From a virus: a stretch of 64,000 nt of DNA. How positions within the stretch are numbered: the first letter of the stretch is position 1; every line of letters begins with the position of its first letter. Below are positions 8,196 to 17,736 of the stretch, piece after piece. The notes under the pieces were generated by a model. It worked only from the letters and a program-made list of their open reading frames with translations. It had not been told where the DNA came from and did not search any database. The stretch covers positions 41,276-105,275 of the IMG/VR virus record IMGVR_UViG_3300037418_002743, one strand, 5' to 3'. Position numbers and translations under genes: made by a program.

Positions 8196-8651
8196 TCACC
8201 TCCGAACCCCGGGCCCACGCATCCAGCCGGGGGCCTCGTCGACGGACGTGCGCGGCTGCGGGGGCTCCGGCGGGCGCACCTCGTGAGCGGCCTCCAGGCG
8301 CGCCAGCTCGGCCCGCTCCGCCTCGGTGATGTCTCCGGCCCGGACATTCCCGCGCAGCTCCCGGATCCGGATCAGCGCCTCGGTGCGGCGCAGCTCGGTC
8401 TCCGCTCCGGCGGACACGGTCGCCGGGATGAGCCCGCGGTCGCGGTCGGTGAGCCCGGGCAGCTCGACACCGGCGTCCTTGAGCCGGTGATCGTGCGCGG
8501 GGAACCACTCCAGGGGGCGGCCGTGCGCGTCGACGCAGACGGCCCCGATCGCGGCGCCGCAGTCGCGGCAGACGACGCGCATCGAGTCGCGGCGGGCCTG
8601 GGCGAGCAGCTCGGACCGGCGGCGGGGCGTCTCGGTGGTCACGACGCCCAC
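8196..8651 (-). CDS. Zinc-finger protein (CxxC-x7-C...H)
   Basis: VVCRDCGAAIGAVCVD...AHDHR, pattern typical of actinophage zinc fingers. Confidence 0.65.
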   Translation of the reverse strand: MGVVTTETPRRRSELLAQARRDSMRVVCRDCGAAIGAVCVDAHGRPLEWFPAHDHRLKDAGVELPGLTDRDRGLIPATVSAGAETELRRTEALIRIRELRGNVRAGDITEAERAELARLEAAHEVRPPEPPQPRTSVDEAPGWMRGPGVRR

Positions 8652-8953
8652 CGGGCGCGGTCGGAGTTCGGGGTGACGCCGAGGTCGCGGAGCGGGACCT
8701 CGCGGCGCTGGAGCGAGCCGGTGATCGCGCAGACGACGTGGAAGTACTCGCCGTCAAGCGAGCGGACGACGCCCTGCCCGACGGTGATCCTCGGGACGCG
8801 GCAGTGCGGGTTCTCGCATCCGCCGGCGTAGACGGCGGTGAAGGGCTGGTCCTCGAGGAGGGTCGCGACGACGTAGTCCGGAGGGGGCGGCGGGGCCTGC
8901 ACCGGGACGGGCCTCTCCGGGACGAACGGGCGGCGGGCGTTGCGACCGGGCAT
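8639..8953 (-). CDS. Hypothetical Zn-binding protein
   Basis: CENPHC...HVVC; GAAGGAGACC RBS; CUGCCA hairpin upstream (8987-9002). Confidence 0.65.
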   Translation of the reverse strand: MPGRNARRPFVPERPVPVQAPPPPPDYVVATLLEDQPFTAVYAGGCENPHCRVPRITVGQGVVRSLDGEYFHVVCAITGSLQRREVPLRDLGVTPNSDRARWAS

Positions 8954-9009
8954 GGCGGTCTCCTTCGGTCGGGAGGGAACGGGTGGCGCCCTGGCAGGGG
9001 CGGGGAGGG

Positions 9010-9933
9010 TCAGACGGCGCGGAGGCGGCGGAGTCCGTGATCGCAGCGGACGGCCGGGTCGACGGGTGGTCCGCCGGCGTACTCCAGGACCCACGTGCCG
9101 TCGCAGCGGCCGCGCTCGGTGCACGCGGCGACGGCGGCGTCGTACTCGGCGAGCTCGGCGGCGCGGGAGGCGGCGGCTTCGTGCTCGGAGGTCTCGGCGC
9201 CCTCGCGGAGCGCGGCGCACTCTCCGCACGGCGGGACGTAGGCGCCGGGAGGCAGGGAGGCGTGCTCGGGACAGCGGCCGGGGTTGCGGCGAGGCGAGAC
9301 GGACGCGGGCCAGATCGACGCCTGGGCGGGGTCCGTCGCGCGCGACGCGCCCGCGTTACCCAGGTGACGTTCCCTCCCTACTGAACCCTTCTTCTCTCCT
9401 CTCCTCTCCTCTGCGATCGGTTTGCGATCGGTTTGCGATCCCGAGTGCGATCCCATCTGCGATCGCACGTGCGACGGCTCCTGCGATCCCCTCCCGGGGT
9501 CGTCCTCGACGCAGAACTTGCAGTCAGGGGACGTCTTACCTGCGCGAACGTGCCAGCGCATGTGGTTGCCGTAGCCGCCGGCGGCCCTCTTCGTCGACGT
9601 AAATTCCGCCGCCTCTTCCGCGGAACGCTGCCAGTCCAGGTAGTCGTGCATGACGACGCCATCACGACGAGATTCCGTCGAGATTCCATCGTCAGCACGC
9701 GGGAAGACCTCGTCGGCGAGCCCGGCCTCGATCAGCTCCCGGCGCACCTTCGGCGTCGTCCGCTTGATCCACGCCTGCTCCGTCACGTACCCGTCGGTGA
9801 GGTGCCGGGAGCAGTAGCACCACAGCTCGATCAGCGTGCGGAAGGCGCGATCGGAGAGCCCCTCGATCTTCGGGTGGTCCGGCATCCCGTCGTGGAGGAA
9901 CATCCACGAGGCGGTGTCGCGGCGCGTCCCCAT
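9010..9933 (-). CDS. Phage replication initiator (O/RepA-like)
   Basis: HDGMPDHPKIEGLSDRAFRTLIELWCYCSRHLTDGYV...MHDYLDWQ N-terminus; internal iteron array. Confidence 0.72.
   Translation of the reverse strand: MGTRRDTASWMFLHDGMPDHPKIEGLSDRAFRTLIELWCYCSRHLTDGYVTEQAWIKRTTPKVRRELIEAGLADEVFPRADDGISTESRRDGVVMHDYLDWQRSAEEAAEFTSTKRAAGGYGNHMRWHVRAGKTSPDCKFCVEDDPGRGSQEPSHVRSQMGSHSGSQTDRKPIAEERRGEKKGSVGRERHLGNAGASRATDPAQASIWPASVSPRRNPGRCPEHASLPPGAYVPPCGECAALREGAETSEHEAAASRAAELAEYDAAVAACTERGRCDGTWVLEYAGGPPVDPAVRCDHGLRRLRAV
9390..9488. repeat. Putative replication origin: 7 TGCGATC iterons plus pyrimidine tract
   Basis: TGCGATC at 9412, 9423, 9434, 9446, 9458, (TGCGACG 9470), 9482; 11-12 bp period. Confidence 0.7.
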
Positions 9934-10340
9934 CAGGCGACCGCCCGCCACTCGACGTGGGTCGTGAGGTTCGGCGGCAGGCGGAGGTCCTGGCGGATCC
10001 TGGCCGCGGTGTAGAGCGTCATCCGGAGCCGGTCCGCGACGTCCGCGTCCGTCCAGCCGCGCCGGTGCAGCACGCGGACGATCACCTGCCGCTGGTGCGT
10101 CGGGAGAGCCTCCGCCGGCTCCTTCCCGTGGATCACGTTCTGCATCTCGATCGGCCACCGGTGGATCGGCTCCGCCGCGTAGTCGATCCGCGGCGCTCGC
10201 TTCACGTGCTGGTGAGGCATCGCCGCTTGCTCGCGGCGGATCGCCCGGAGCTCGAGCTCGGCGAGGTGCCGGTCGTGGAGGGCCTCGACCTCGATGAGGC
10301 GCGCCGACTCGCGGCGGTACGTCTCCTGTGAAAGGGACAT
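9933..10340 (-). CDS. HTH DNA-binding protein
   Basis: LHRRGWTDADVADRLRMTLYTAARIRQDLRLPPN. Confidence 0.7.
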   Translation of the reverse strand: MSLSQETYRRESARLIEVEALHDRHLAELELRAIRREQAAMPHQHVKRAPRIDYAAEPIHRWPIEMQNVIHGKEPAEALPTHQRQVIVRVLHRRGWTDADVADRLRMTLYTAARIRQDLRLPPNLTTHVEWRAVA

Positions 10341-10369
10341 GACACGTCCAGGGGTAGGGAGGGACGGGG

Positions 10370-10401
10370 CGTGCCGCCCGGCTGGCAGGCCGGGCGGCAC
10401 G
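10370..10401 (-). promoter_or_regulatory. CUGCCA-loop hairpin (perfect 13-bp stem)
   Basis: CGTGCCGCCCGGC-CTGCCA-GCCGGGCGGCACG. Confidence 0.75.
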
Positions 10402-10419
10402 ATCGTGCTGAGGGGGGTT

Positions 10420-11325
10420 CTACCGCAGCGCGTCGGGCGCCGCACCCGCCAGGGTGAGCACCTCCGGCCGGAAGAGACCCAGGAGGCGGGCGATCTCGCG
10501 CTGCCAGGCGGCCTGCTTCACGAGCGGGACCTGCTGCAGGCGGATCCCGACCCCGACGCGGCCCTCGGTGTCGACGTCCCACTGCGTGACGGCCTCGACC
10601 TCGAACGGCTCCTCGTCCGGCTCCGCGCCCTGGTAGACGTGGAGCGCGACCTTGAAGCGCGGCGGGAGCTTCGCCGCCCGCGGCACCTTCTGCCCGCGGA
10701 CCTCCTCGGTGTAGGTGATGTTCACCTGCCCGGAGTCGAGGTCGACGTCCTCCTGCGTGGTCTTCACCCGCGACGCGACGAGCTGCATGGCGGCGTCGAT
10801 CATCCGGGACACGTCCGTGCCGCGGATGCTGTGCGCGTGATCGGCGAGGAACTGCCCGAAGGCCTTCTTCGTCATCAGGCGGCCGCCCTGGGAGGCGTCG
10901 ACCTTCTGCCAGGCGAGCCACTCCTCGTCGTACTGCGGGAGGAACACCGCGCGGTGGTCCCGCCAGCCGGGCAGCTCCTCCCCGATGCCGGAGTCGACGA
11001 GGGTCCGGGTGTGGTCGTTGAAGACCGCGGTGATCCGGGTGCGGCCCTGGTCGGCCCACACGGTGGTGCCGAGGTCGGCGAGCCGGTTGACGTACGCGGC
11101 GAAGGAGCGGGCGGTGTGCAGCTCCGCCTCCCCGCGCGCCTCCCGCGGCGACGGGAGCAGCGCCCCGAAGTCGTGGTGCCCGATCCGCTCGTCCTGACGG
11201 AGCCGGCGGACGACCAGGCCCTCGGGGTGGTCGTTGATGTCGATCGGGGAGGCGGCCGCCTCGGCGGCGCGGCGGGCGACGTCCGCGGTGACGGCGGCGT
11301 CAGGGGCGTTGTCGAACTCGGACAT
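10420..11325 (-). CDS. DUF2303 (YfdQ-like) family protein
   Basis: SFAAYVNR...ITAVFNDH...GWRDHRAVF...EWLAW...FGQFLADH. Confidence 0.75.
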   Translation of the reverse strand: MSEFDNAPDAAVTADVARRAAEAAASPIDINDHPEGLVVRRLRQDERIGHHDFGALLPSPREARGEAELHTARSFAAYVNRLADLGTTVWADQGRTRITAVFNDHTRTLVDSGIGEELPGWRDHRAVFLPQYDEEWLAWQKVDASQGGRLMTKKAFGQFLADHAHSIRGTDVSRMIDAAMQLVASRVKTTQEDVDLDSGQVNITYTEEVRGQKVPRAAKLPPRFKVALHVYQGAEPDEEPFEVEAVTQWDVDTEGRVGVGIRLQQVPLVKQAAWQREIARLLGLFRPEVLTLAGAAPDALR

Positions 11326-11738
11326 CACAGCTGACCTCCACCGAACGGAAGGGCGGTCTGGTTCTTCGGGATCGGCGGGTAGTCGAGGAGCTCGCCGCCC
11401 TCGCCGAGCCAGTACTTCGCCCGGGTCTCCCGGTTGACCTTCGGGTGCTTCACGTCGACGTCGTCGTCGACGACCAGGCGGCCGCCGAAGGAGTCGCCGG
11501 GCGCCCAGGAGAACTTGAGCTTGAGGGTGATCGCCCCGGCGTTGGTCGTCTCCTGCACCTCCCCGATGACGGTCGCGAGGGCCTCGGTCAGCTCGTCGCA
11601 CAGCTCGCCGTAGCGGGCGAGGAAGGCGAGGAAGTCCTCCTTGGCCTTCTCCGTGGCGGCGGGCTGCTCGTCGGCCCGCTGCTCCGGCACGGCGGCGGAG
11701 GCGGCGGTGCCGTCCTCCGGCTGGGGGTTGTCGCTCAT
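11325..11738 (-). CDS. Conserved phage protein usually paired with DUF2303
   Basis: ELTEALATVIGEVQETTNAGAITLKLKF...KHPK...YWLGEGGEL...P.Q..LPF. Confidence 0.7.
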   Translation of the reverse strand: MSDNPQPEDGTAASAAVPEQRADEQPAATEKAKEDFLAFLARYGELCDELTEALATVIGEVQETTNAGAITLKLKFSWAPGDSFGGRLVVDDDVDVKHPKVNRETRAKYWLGEGGELLDYPPIPKNQTALPFGGGQL

Positions 11739-11910
11739 GCGGTGTTGATCTCCATCTTCTTCATCGGGAGGGATGGGGTCTGGGGGGTGTCCTCCGGGAC
11801 ATCCGCGCCGGTGCCGCAGGGGCACGACGCGGGGCAGTCGTCCCGGGAGGACGCCAGGAGGGCGGAGGCGGCGCGGTCGAAGACCGCGCGCACCTCCCGC
11901 CCGATGAGGC

Positions 11911-12081
11911 TCACTGGGGCTGCACCTCGCTGAGGCAGTCGCACGCGGCGTCGTGCTCCGTCGCGCACCCGGTGCGGTGCTCCCCGAAGCCCTGCTCGCG
12001 GCAGTGCGGGTCGGCGCAGGCGAGCGCGGCGGACGGATCGCAGAACGCGCACTCGCGCGGGTACCACTCCGGGAGGCCCAC
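11911..12081 (-). CDS. Cys/His-rich micro-protein (56 aa)
   Basis: ECAFCD...CADPHC...HRTGCATEHDAACDC; not in ORF track. Confidence 0.5.
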   Translation of the reverse strand: MGLPEWYPRECAFCDPSAALACADPHCREQGFGEHRTGCATEHDAACDCLSEVQPQ

Positions 12082-12084
12082 CGG

Positions 12085-12762
12085 TCAGCCCGCCCGCAGG
12101 GGGCAATCGCACTCGCCGTCGGTGCGGGCGTCGGGGTTGCAGCGCCCGGTGCACGGCACGTCGACGAGGCGGGCGAGGAGGCGGAGGCACTCGGCGCCGG
12201 CGCGGACGTCGCCCCCGGCGGTGTGGTCGCCGATCTCGACGTCGAGGCGCTCGCAGATCTCCCGGAACGACAGCGGCGGGTGGTCGATCGGGAGGCGGAA
12301 GGCGCCGCGGGCGATCGAGCCGAGGTTCTCCATCCGGTAGTGCCACGGCCGCACCTCGAGGCAGAGGTCCGGGTCCAGGTGCCGGGCGAAGGCCTTCGCG
12401 ATGAAGGCGGCGTCGAAGGCGGGGTTCACGGCGACCAGGGCGCGGCGCGGGACCGGCGGGGCGTCCTCGTCCGGGACGTGATGGATCGGGCCGCCGAACT
12501 GCTCCCAGAGCCGCTGCAGCTCCGGGCCGTTGTCCATCACGTAGGGCTGCCAGAGGCCGCGCTCGACGTAGCGGTTGACCTGCAGGGCCTCGGGCTCCGC
12601 GGCCGCGAGGATCTCCCGCGGGTTGTGCTTCGGGACGAAGCAGCCCGTCTCCCCGGTGGTGATGTTCTCCCAGCCGATCTCGACGGCGTCGTGCCGCTCC
12701 GGGTCGAGCCCGTTGGTCTCGGTGTCGACGAAGATCAGCTCCGTCGGCTCGTAGTCGCTCAT
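12085..12762 (-). CDS. DEDDh 3'-5' exonuclease (DnaQ-like)
   Basis: FVDTETNGLD...EIGW...NPAFDAAF...HTAGGDV. Confidence 0.85.
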   Translation of the reverse strand: MSDYEPTELIFVDTETNGLDPERHDAVEIGWENITTGETGCFVPKHNPREILAAAEPEALQVNRYVERGLWQPYVMDNGPELQRLWEQFGGPIHHVPDEDAPPVPRRALVAVNPAFDAAFIAKAFARHLDPDLCLEVRPWHYRMENLGSIARGAFRLPIDHPPLSFREICERLDVEIGDHTAGGDVRAGAECLRLLARLVDVPCTGRCNPDARTDGECDCPLRAG

Positions 12763-14234
12763 CCTTCGAAGCTCTCCTCATCACGCGGGTCCGGCTCCTC
12801 GCAGAGCCCGCACTCGCCGTTCATCAGGACCGGAACGGTGGTGATCCGTCCGTCGTCGCTCTTGGTCGGGTGCCCGGCCTCGTGCCAGGCGGCGGTGCCG
12901 GGAGTCGGCAGGTCGCCGGCCGGCGCCTCCGCGGCCGGGGTGTCGGTCGCGCCGAGCACCTCGGCGACGAACTCCTGCAGGCGGCCGCCGTCCTTCGCCG
13001 CGGTGAGCTGGCGGATCACCTCGAGCCCCTCCGCGCGGGACAGCTCCGACGTCGACCCGACGGGGACCGAGCGCCCGGCGAGGCGGGACGCGATGAGCTT
13101 CCGGCCGGCGTCGTCGCCGACCCCGCCGGCGCCGATGAGCCGCCCGATCTGCGTCGTCATCGCCCGCGAGATCGCCTCGTCCGCCGCCGGGGCGGCCGCG
13201 GTCGAGGCGGGCGGCTCCGGCGGAGGCGGCACGTCGTCCTCCCGCGGGGCCGGCACGGTCGCGGCCGCGTCGACGTCGCGGAGGGCGTTGGTGTCGTCGT
13301 CGGTCTCGACGTCGATCACCGCGCCCTGGATCGCGCCGCGGCCCGGCTCCGGCTCCGGGTGCCGCGCGGTCAGCATCTCGTCGTAGTCGTCCTGCCCAGC
13401 GGGCTTGTAGGACAGGCGGACCGCGCCGTCGACCTCGGTCGCCGCGGTGAGCAGCCGGTCCGTCGACTTCGGAGCCCACCGCTTCGCGCGGAGGAAGCAC
13501 GTCTTGATCGCCATCTGATCGAAGCCCGTGCCGCCGTCGGGGCCGTCCATGTCGAACCAGGGGCCGGCACCCTGGGCGTTGCCGTCGTTGTCCCGGACGA
13601 CCTCGCCCTTGAAGCGCTTGGTCCCCATCGCGTGGTGATCGCGCCAGGCGATCGCCTCCTCGCGGGTCATCACCCAGAACAGCGGGTCCGCGTCGTGGAA
13701 GAACAGGACCGCGTAGTAGGCGACGACCGGGCCGCGCTCCTTCCCGATCCCGGCCGGACGGTGCACGAGCTTCTCGTCGAGTCCGAACTCGACGTGGAAC
13801 TCGTCGTTGGCGTGCACGGCCCGGCCGACGATCTTCTTGACCGCGCCGGAGCGGTGGACCAGCTCGACGTAGCCCTGGTAGCCGATGACGATCTGCGCCT
13901 CGAGGCGGTTCCCCTTCTTCCAGTTCTTGAAGGGGATCAACCAGCCCTGGCCCATGACGCCCGGGCGGAGCCCGAGCTGGGCGAAGGTCATCAGCCCGCC
14001 GAGGACGGTCTCCGGCACGCACTCCGCGAGGTCCGGGTTCTGCCGGAGCAGCGTCATGGCGTCGCGGATGAGCTGCTGCGCCTCGAAGCCGCGCGGCATC
14101 GCCATCGCGAACTGCTCATGCATGTCCTCGATCTGCTTGCGGAGCGTCGGCCGCTCCCGCTGCTCGACCTCACCTCCGCCGCGGCGCGCGACCTGCGCGC
14201 GGGCGTTGACACGCTCCGCGAGTCCGTTGCCCAT
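12759..14234 (-). CDS. recT: RecT-family ssDNA annealing recombinase with C-terminal extension
   Basis: LAECVPETVLGGLMTFAQLGLRPG...IGYQGYVELVHRSG...FDQMAIKT. Confidence 0.9.
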   Translation of the reverse strand: MGNGLAERVNARAQVARRGGGEVEQRERPTLRKQIEDMHEQFAMAMPRGFEAQQLIRDAMTLLRQNPDLAECVPETVLGGLMTFAQLGLRPGVMGQGWLIPFKNWKKGNRLEAQIVIGYQGYVELVHRSGAVKKIVGRAVHANDEFHVEFGLDEKLVHRPAGIGKERGPVVAYYAVLFFHDADPLFWVMTREEAIAWRDHHAMGTKRFKGEVVRDNDGNAQGAGPWFDMDGPDGGTGFDQMAIKTCFLRAKRWAPKSTDRLLTAATEVDGAVRLSYKPAGQDDYDEMLTARHPEPEPGRGAIQGAVIDVETDDDTNALRDVDAAATVPAPREDDVPPPPEPPASTAAAPAADEAISRAMTTQIGRLIGAGGVGDDAGRKLIASRLAGRSVPVGSTSELSRAEGLEVIRQLTAAKDGGRLQEFVAEVLGATDTPAAEAPAGDLPTPGTAAWHEAGHPTKSDDGRITTVPVLMNGECGLCEEPDPRDEESFEG

Positions 14235-15328
14235 CACTTGCTCCCAGGGGTGTCGTCGATCATCGAGTCGAGGGTCTTGCGGGGGCGGAGCACCCGGCCG
14301 CGGTGCGCGGCGTACTGCTCCGGGTGCTTGGACTTGACCGCGTCGAGGTCGAGGACCTCCGTCGTCTTGCTGCACGCGGCCGCGAGGTCCGGGTACGCGG
14401 CGGTGAAGGCGGACTTCGACATCTGCCCGGTCTGGCCGAAGGTGGCGAGGATGTTCGCCTTCCCGGCCTTGGTGTCGTCGATCGGCGCGGTGAGGTCCCG
14501 GACGACGAGCTCGGCGTCGCCGATGAGGTGCCGGAGCTTGGAGTCCCAGCCGGTGACCTCGGCCTCGGCCATGCGGAGCCGCTCCTTCGCCTCCCGGAGG
14601 TGGCGGAAGGCGTCGAGGATGTCCGCGGTGATCTCGATCGCCTTGCCGGCGTGCGCGGTCGCGTACATCTCGCGGATGACCTCGTTGGTGGCCTCCGTGT
14701 CGTCGAGCGGCGGCATCTCGTCCGCGACGACGTAGGACTCCCACCAGTCCCGCTCGAACGCGACGAGGTCGGCGATCAGCGCCTCGTCCCGCTCGATGCG
14801 GCGCCAGACGAGGGTCTGCCCGCCGATGAGCCCGGCGATCCAGGCGTGCGGGAGCCCGGTCACCGCCATCCCGTGCTGCACCTGCAGCTCGGCGTGGTCC
14901 GGCGCCTGCTCGTTCCCCCACTCGTCCCGCCGCCACAGCGAGCAGGTCTTCCCCTCGTACAGCCCTCCGTCGTTGGTGACCCCGTCGGGGCTGTAGAGCA
15001 TGAAGGGGTTCACGAGGGACCGCTGCATCCCCGCCGCCGCGACGGTGATCCCGGTGCGCCGGGACCACTCGTCCCGGACGACCGGCTCGAGGAGGGTGCC
15101 CCAGAGCGCGGGCTCGTTCGGCGGCTCGTCGGAGTCCTCGTCGACCCGGTCCGTCTTGTCCAGCCACACCCGGACCGGGGAGGAGAACTTGTTGAGCCCG
15201 AGGACGGTCGAGGCGTCGGATCCGCCGATGCCCTCCCGCCGGGCCTCCAGCCACTCGTCCCGGTCCGGGTCCGGCGGGAGCACCTGCTCGGAGCCCGGGA
15301 GGGTCATCACGGCGGCCGGCGCGCTCAT
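14234..15328 (-). CDS. YqaJ-like viral recombinase exonuclease
   Basis: EWLEARREGIGGSDAS...WGTLLEP...SPDG...EGKT...QVQHGMAVTG. Confidence 0.9.
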   Translation of the reverse strand: MSAPAAVMTLPGSEQVLPPDPDRDEWLEARREGIGGSDASTVLGLNKFSSPVRVWLDKTDRVDEDSDEPPNEPALWGTLLEPVVRDEWSRRTGITVAAAGMQRSLVNPFMLYSPDGVTNDGGLYEGKTCSLWRRDEWGNEQAPDHAELQVQHGMAVTGLPHAWIAGLIGGQTLVWRRIERDEALIADLVAFERDWWESYVVADEMPPLDDTEATNEVIREMYATAHAGKAIEITADILDAFRHLREAKERLRMAEAEVTGWDSKLRHLIGDAELVVRDLTAPIDDTKAGKANILATFGQTGQMSKSAFTAAYPDLAAACSKTTEVLDLDAVKSKHPEQYAAHRGRVLRPRKTLDSMIDDTPGSK

Positions 15329-15480
15329 GCTCGGGCCCCGCACATCGGCTCGGCGTCCTCGTCGAGGTGCTCCGTGCAGTGGTGGCACGGGGCGGAGACG
15401 AAGCACGTGCAGCCGCCGCAGTCGGCGAACTCGTCGCGGTCGTCCAGGTCGGTCCAGTCGTCCTCGGGCACGTCGATCAC
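15325..15480 (-). CDS. Cys-rich acidic micro-protein
   Basis: CGGCTCFVSAPCHHC. Confidence 0.55.
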   Translation of the reverse strand: MIDVPEDDWTDLDDRDEFADCGGCTCFVSAPCHHCTEHLDEDAEPMCGARA

Positions 15481-15833
15481 CGGGCACCGCCGACGGGGAT
15501 CTCGACGCGGATCTCGGTCGACCGCTCGGCCTCGGCGTCGCGCACGGCGTAGGCGAGGCAGCCGGGGCACACCCGCTCCCGGATCGTCCAGCGGGTCGCG
15601 GCGAAGCGGCGGGCGACGACGGCGGCTCCGTCGTGCGCGGGCCCGTCGGCCGGCGGGCAGTACTCGCACCCGTCCAGCTCCTCGGCCGGGGTGACGACGA
15701 AGGCGACCCCGAGGTCCTCGAGGGCCTCGACCAGGTCAGGAAGGGCCGCGGAAATGGCGGCGGGAAGCTCGGAAATGGTCTCCGCCGTCGGGGCGGAGGC
15801 GACAGGCGGGCACGCAGCGGCTAGGATGCTCAT
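15477..15833 (-). CDS. Hypothetical Zn-ribbon protein, first gene of recombination/replication operon
   Basis: CEYC...CPGC. Confidence 0.65.
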   Translation of the reverse strand: MSILAAACPPVASAPTAETISELPAAISAALPDLVEALEDLGVAFVVTPAEELDGCEYCPPADGPAHDGAAVVARRFAATRWTIRERVCPGCLAYAVRDAEAERSTEIRVEIPVGGAR

Positions 15834-15866
15834 CGTCTTCTTCTCTTAGGGAGGGAAGGGACATTT

Positions 15867-15922
15867 GACGAAGCCCTGACGTGGACCAACGGGTTGGCAG
15901 ACCCGCCGCGCGGGGCTTCGTC
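15867..15922 (-). promoter_or_regulatory. Extended leader stem-loop capped by CUGCCA loop
   Basis: Outer GACGAAGCCC/GGGCTTCGTC stem, inner CGGCGGGT-CTGCCA-ACCCGTTG. Confidence 0.7.
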
Positions 15923-15935
15923 GCTTTCTACGATC

Positions 15936-15963
15936 ACTCTACCGCTGTTCGCGGTAGCGTCAA
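15936..15963 (-). promoter_or_regulatory. Operator-promoter cassette 11 (TTGACG-N16-TAGAGT)
   Basis: TACCGCT-GTT-CGCGGTA at 15940-15956. Confidence 0.8.
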
Positions 15964-16016
15964 CACCTTTCTTTCTCGCCGCTAGCCGGCGGCAGGGTGT
16001 TTCTCCTGGTCAGACC

Positions 16017-16514
16017 CTACCCCGGGGGTACGACAGTTCCGGAGCCGGCCGAGCCCGCCCGGTAGTAGTCGACGCACGCCGGCCAGTCCCGCCGGACGTC
16101 CGTGCCGGCCCCGTGCGTCGCCCGCGGGTACCGCGTCTCCGCGACCAGCCCGTCCGGGCCGATCCGCGTTCCCGCACGCTTCTCCCAGTGCGTCGGAGCG
16201 TGGCGCGTGACATATGCGCCGGCGAGACACTTCGGGAAACTGCGATTCCCTCCGGGCATCCGCTCCCGGTGGTCGCACGAGCCGCACCGGGGCGTCCCGT
16301 CCGACGGCGGACCGAACTCCCGGGCCGCCTCCGGGTGCAGCGGGAGCGGCGTCCCCAGCGCGACGGAGAGCGGGTGCTGCCCGCGCACGATCGCCGCGGC
16401 GTGCCGGGCCCGACGCCACTCCCCCTCGGTCATCCCCTCGGGGCGCCCAGCGGCGTCCGGGACCCCGACCCGCTCCGGCTCGTCGAACAGCCCCAGCGGC
16501 TCCGCGATGCTCAT
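16017..16514 (-). CDS. Hypothetical Cys-containing phage protein
   Basis: GQHPL...RCGSCDH...FPKC...THGAGTDVRRDWPAC. Confidence 0.65.
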   Translation of the reverse strand: MSIAEPLGLFDEPERVGVPDAAGRPEGMTEGEWRRARHAAAIVRGQHPLSVALGTPLPLHPEAAREFGPPSDGTPRCGSCDHRERMPGGNRSFPKCLAGAYVTRHAPTHWEKRAGTRIGPDGLVAETRYPRATHGAGTDVRRDWPACVDYYRAGSAGSGTVVPPG

Positions 16515-16678
16515 GCGGCGGCCCGCCTCAGGTGCCGGGGGCGGCTCCGGTGCGGCATGCGGAGCACCAGCGCCCGGCCGCGGGCCGCCCGGTGCGCCCC
16601 GACCTGCATCCGCAGGCCGATCACGACCCCGACGGCGATCCCGACGACGAGGGCCAGGACGACGAGCTCCCCGGTCAT
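16511..16678 (-). CDS. Small membrane protein
   Basis: N-terminal TM helix, coupled. Confidence 0.55.
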   Translation of the reverse strand: MTGELVVLALVVGIAVGVVIGLRMQVGAHRAARGRALVLRMPHRSRPRHLRRAAA

Positions 16679-16914
16679 GCGGCCACCGCCACGATCCCGA
16701 CCACGGCCGCGGTGAGCGCACCGATCACGCCGAGCGCGATCACGCCCCAGGAGGCGGTGCGGATGATCGGGCGGATCCACTCCCGGTGCCCCATCCCGCC
16801 GGCGGCCCCGAGGATCACGGCGAAGACGACGGCGGCGCCGAGGATCGTCGCGGCCGCACCGATGCCCCGGTTGAACTGGGCGGAGGTGACCTCCGCGAGG
16901 ACGGTGACGGTCAC
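16675..16914 (-). CDS. Small two-TM membrane protein
   Basis: Hydrophobic, coupled. Confidence 0.6.
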   Translation of the reverse strand: MTVTVLAEVTSAQFNRGIGAAATILGAAVVFAVILGAAGGMGHREWIRPIIRTASWGVIALGVIGALTAAVVGIVAVAA

Positions 16915-17378
16915 GCCTCAGCCCTCCGGGGGCGCGGGGAGGGCACGCGCACGGTCTCCGCGTCGGCGCTCGGCGCGGGCTCCGGCTCCGGCTCCGGCTC
17001 CGCGACGGGCGCGGGCTGCGTCGGAGCGGGCTCCCCGTTGTGGATCACCCACTGGACGCCGTCGATCGTCCCCTGCAGCAGGATGTGCGGGGAGTCCTCG
17101 TAGACCGTGACCAGCGGGCGCGGGGAGAACAGGACCGACCAGCCGAGGACCGTCGCGGTGTCCATGACGGCCGTACATCCATGTTCGGTCACATCCACGC
17201 TGATCGGGTCACCAAGGTTCTGAAGAGCCGCCGCCTCCGCTACCCTTGCCGCGGCAACGAGGCGATCACCGAAAGAGGCGGTTTGATCCCTATCCTTACT
17301 GCTAGTGTCCGCCTCGGTACGGTCGGGAGTCTTACGCGACTCACTAGTAGTTCCGCTGGACATTCCGCCGACGTTCAT
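16911..17378 (-). CDS. Hypothetical protein
   Basis: GAGG RBS; CUGCCA hairpin upstream (17443-17460). Confidence 0.6.
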   Translation of the reverse strand: MNVGGMSSGTTSESRKTPDRTEADTSSKDRDQTASFGDRLVAAARVAEAAALQNLGDPISVDVTEHGCTAVMDTATVLGWSVLFSPRPLVTVYEDSPHILLQGTIDGVQWVIHNGEPAPTQPAPVAEPEPEPEPAPSADAETVRVPSPRPRRAEA

Positions 17379-17469
17379 AGAGCGTTCCTCTCAACGGGAG
17401 GGATGGTGGATGGGACATCCGGCCCCTGGATGGTTCGGCCGGTGGCGCTGGCAGGCGCCGGGGGTTAGA

Positions 17470-17736
17470 TCAGGAAGCCCGCAGGTAGGGCGTCAACAGC
17501 AGCTCGTCACGGGGGGCGAGCATGAAATGGGTTCCGTGGGGCACGCCGAGGGCATCCTCGATCCGGCGAGCACGTTCGGGAGTCACGCGCTGACACACTC
17601 CATGACAGAGGTCCCAGAAGAAGGAAGTGGAGCAACCAGCAAGAGCCGCGATAGAGCCGTAGCTGCGACCCGATCGAGCAGCTTCGAGCCTCTCTGGATC
17701 GCGCGGCACTAAGAAGATCCCCAGCGCGCTAGGCAT
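17470..17736 (-). CDS. Cro-like XRE HTH protein
   Basis: SYGSIAALAGCSTSFFWDLCHG...ARRIEDALGV; divergent from repressor. Confidence 0.75.
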   Translation of the reverse strand: MPSALGIFLVPRDPERLEAARSGRSYGSIAALAGCSTSFFWDLCHGVCQRVTPERARRIEDALGVPHGTHFMLAPRDELLLTPYLRAS

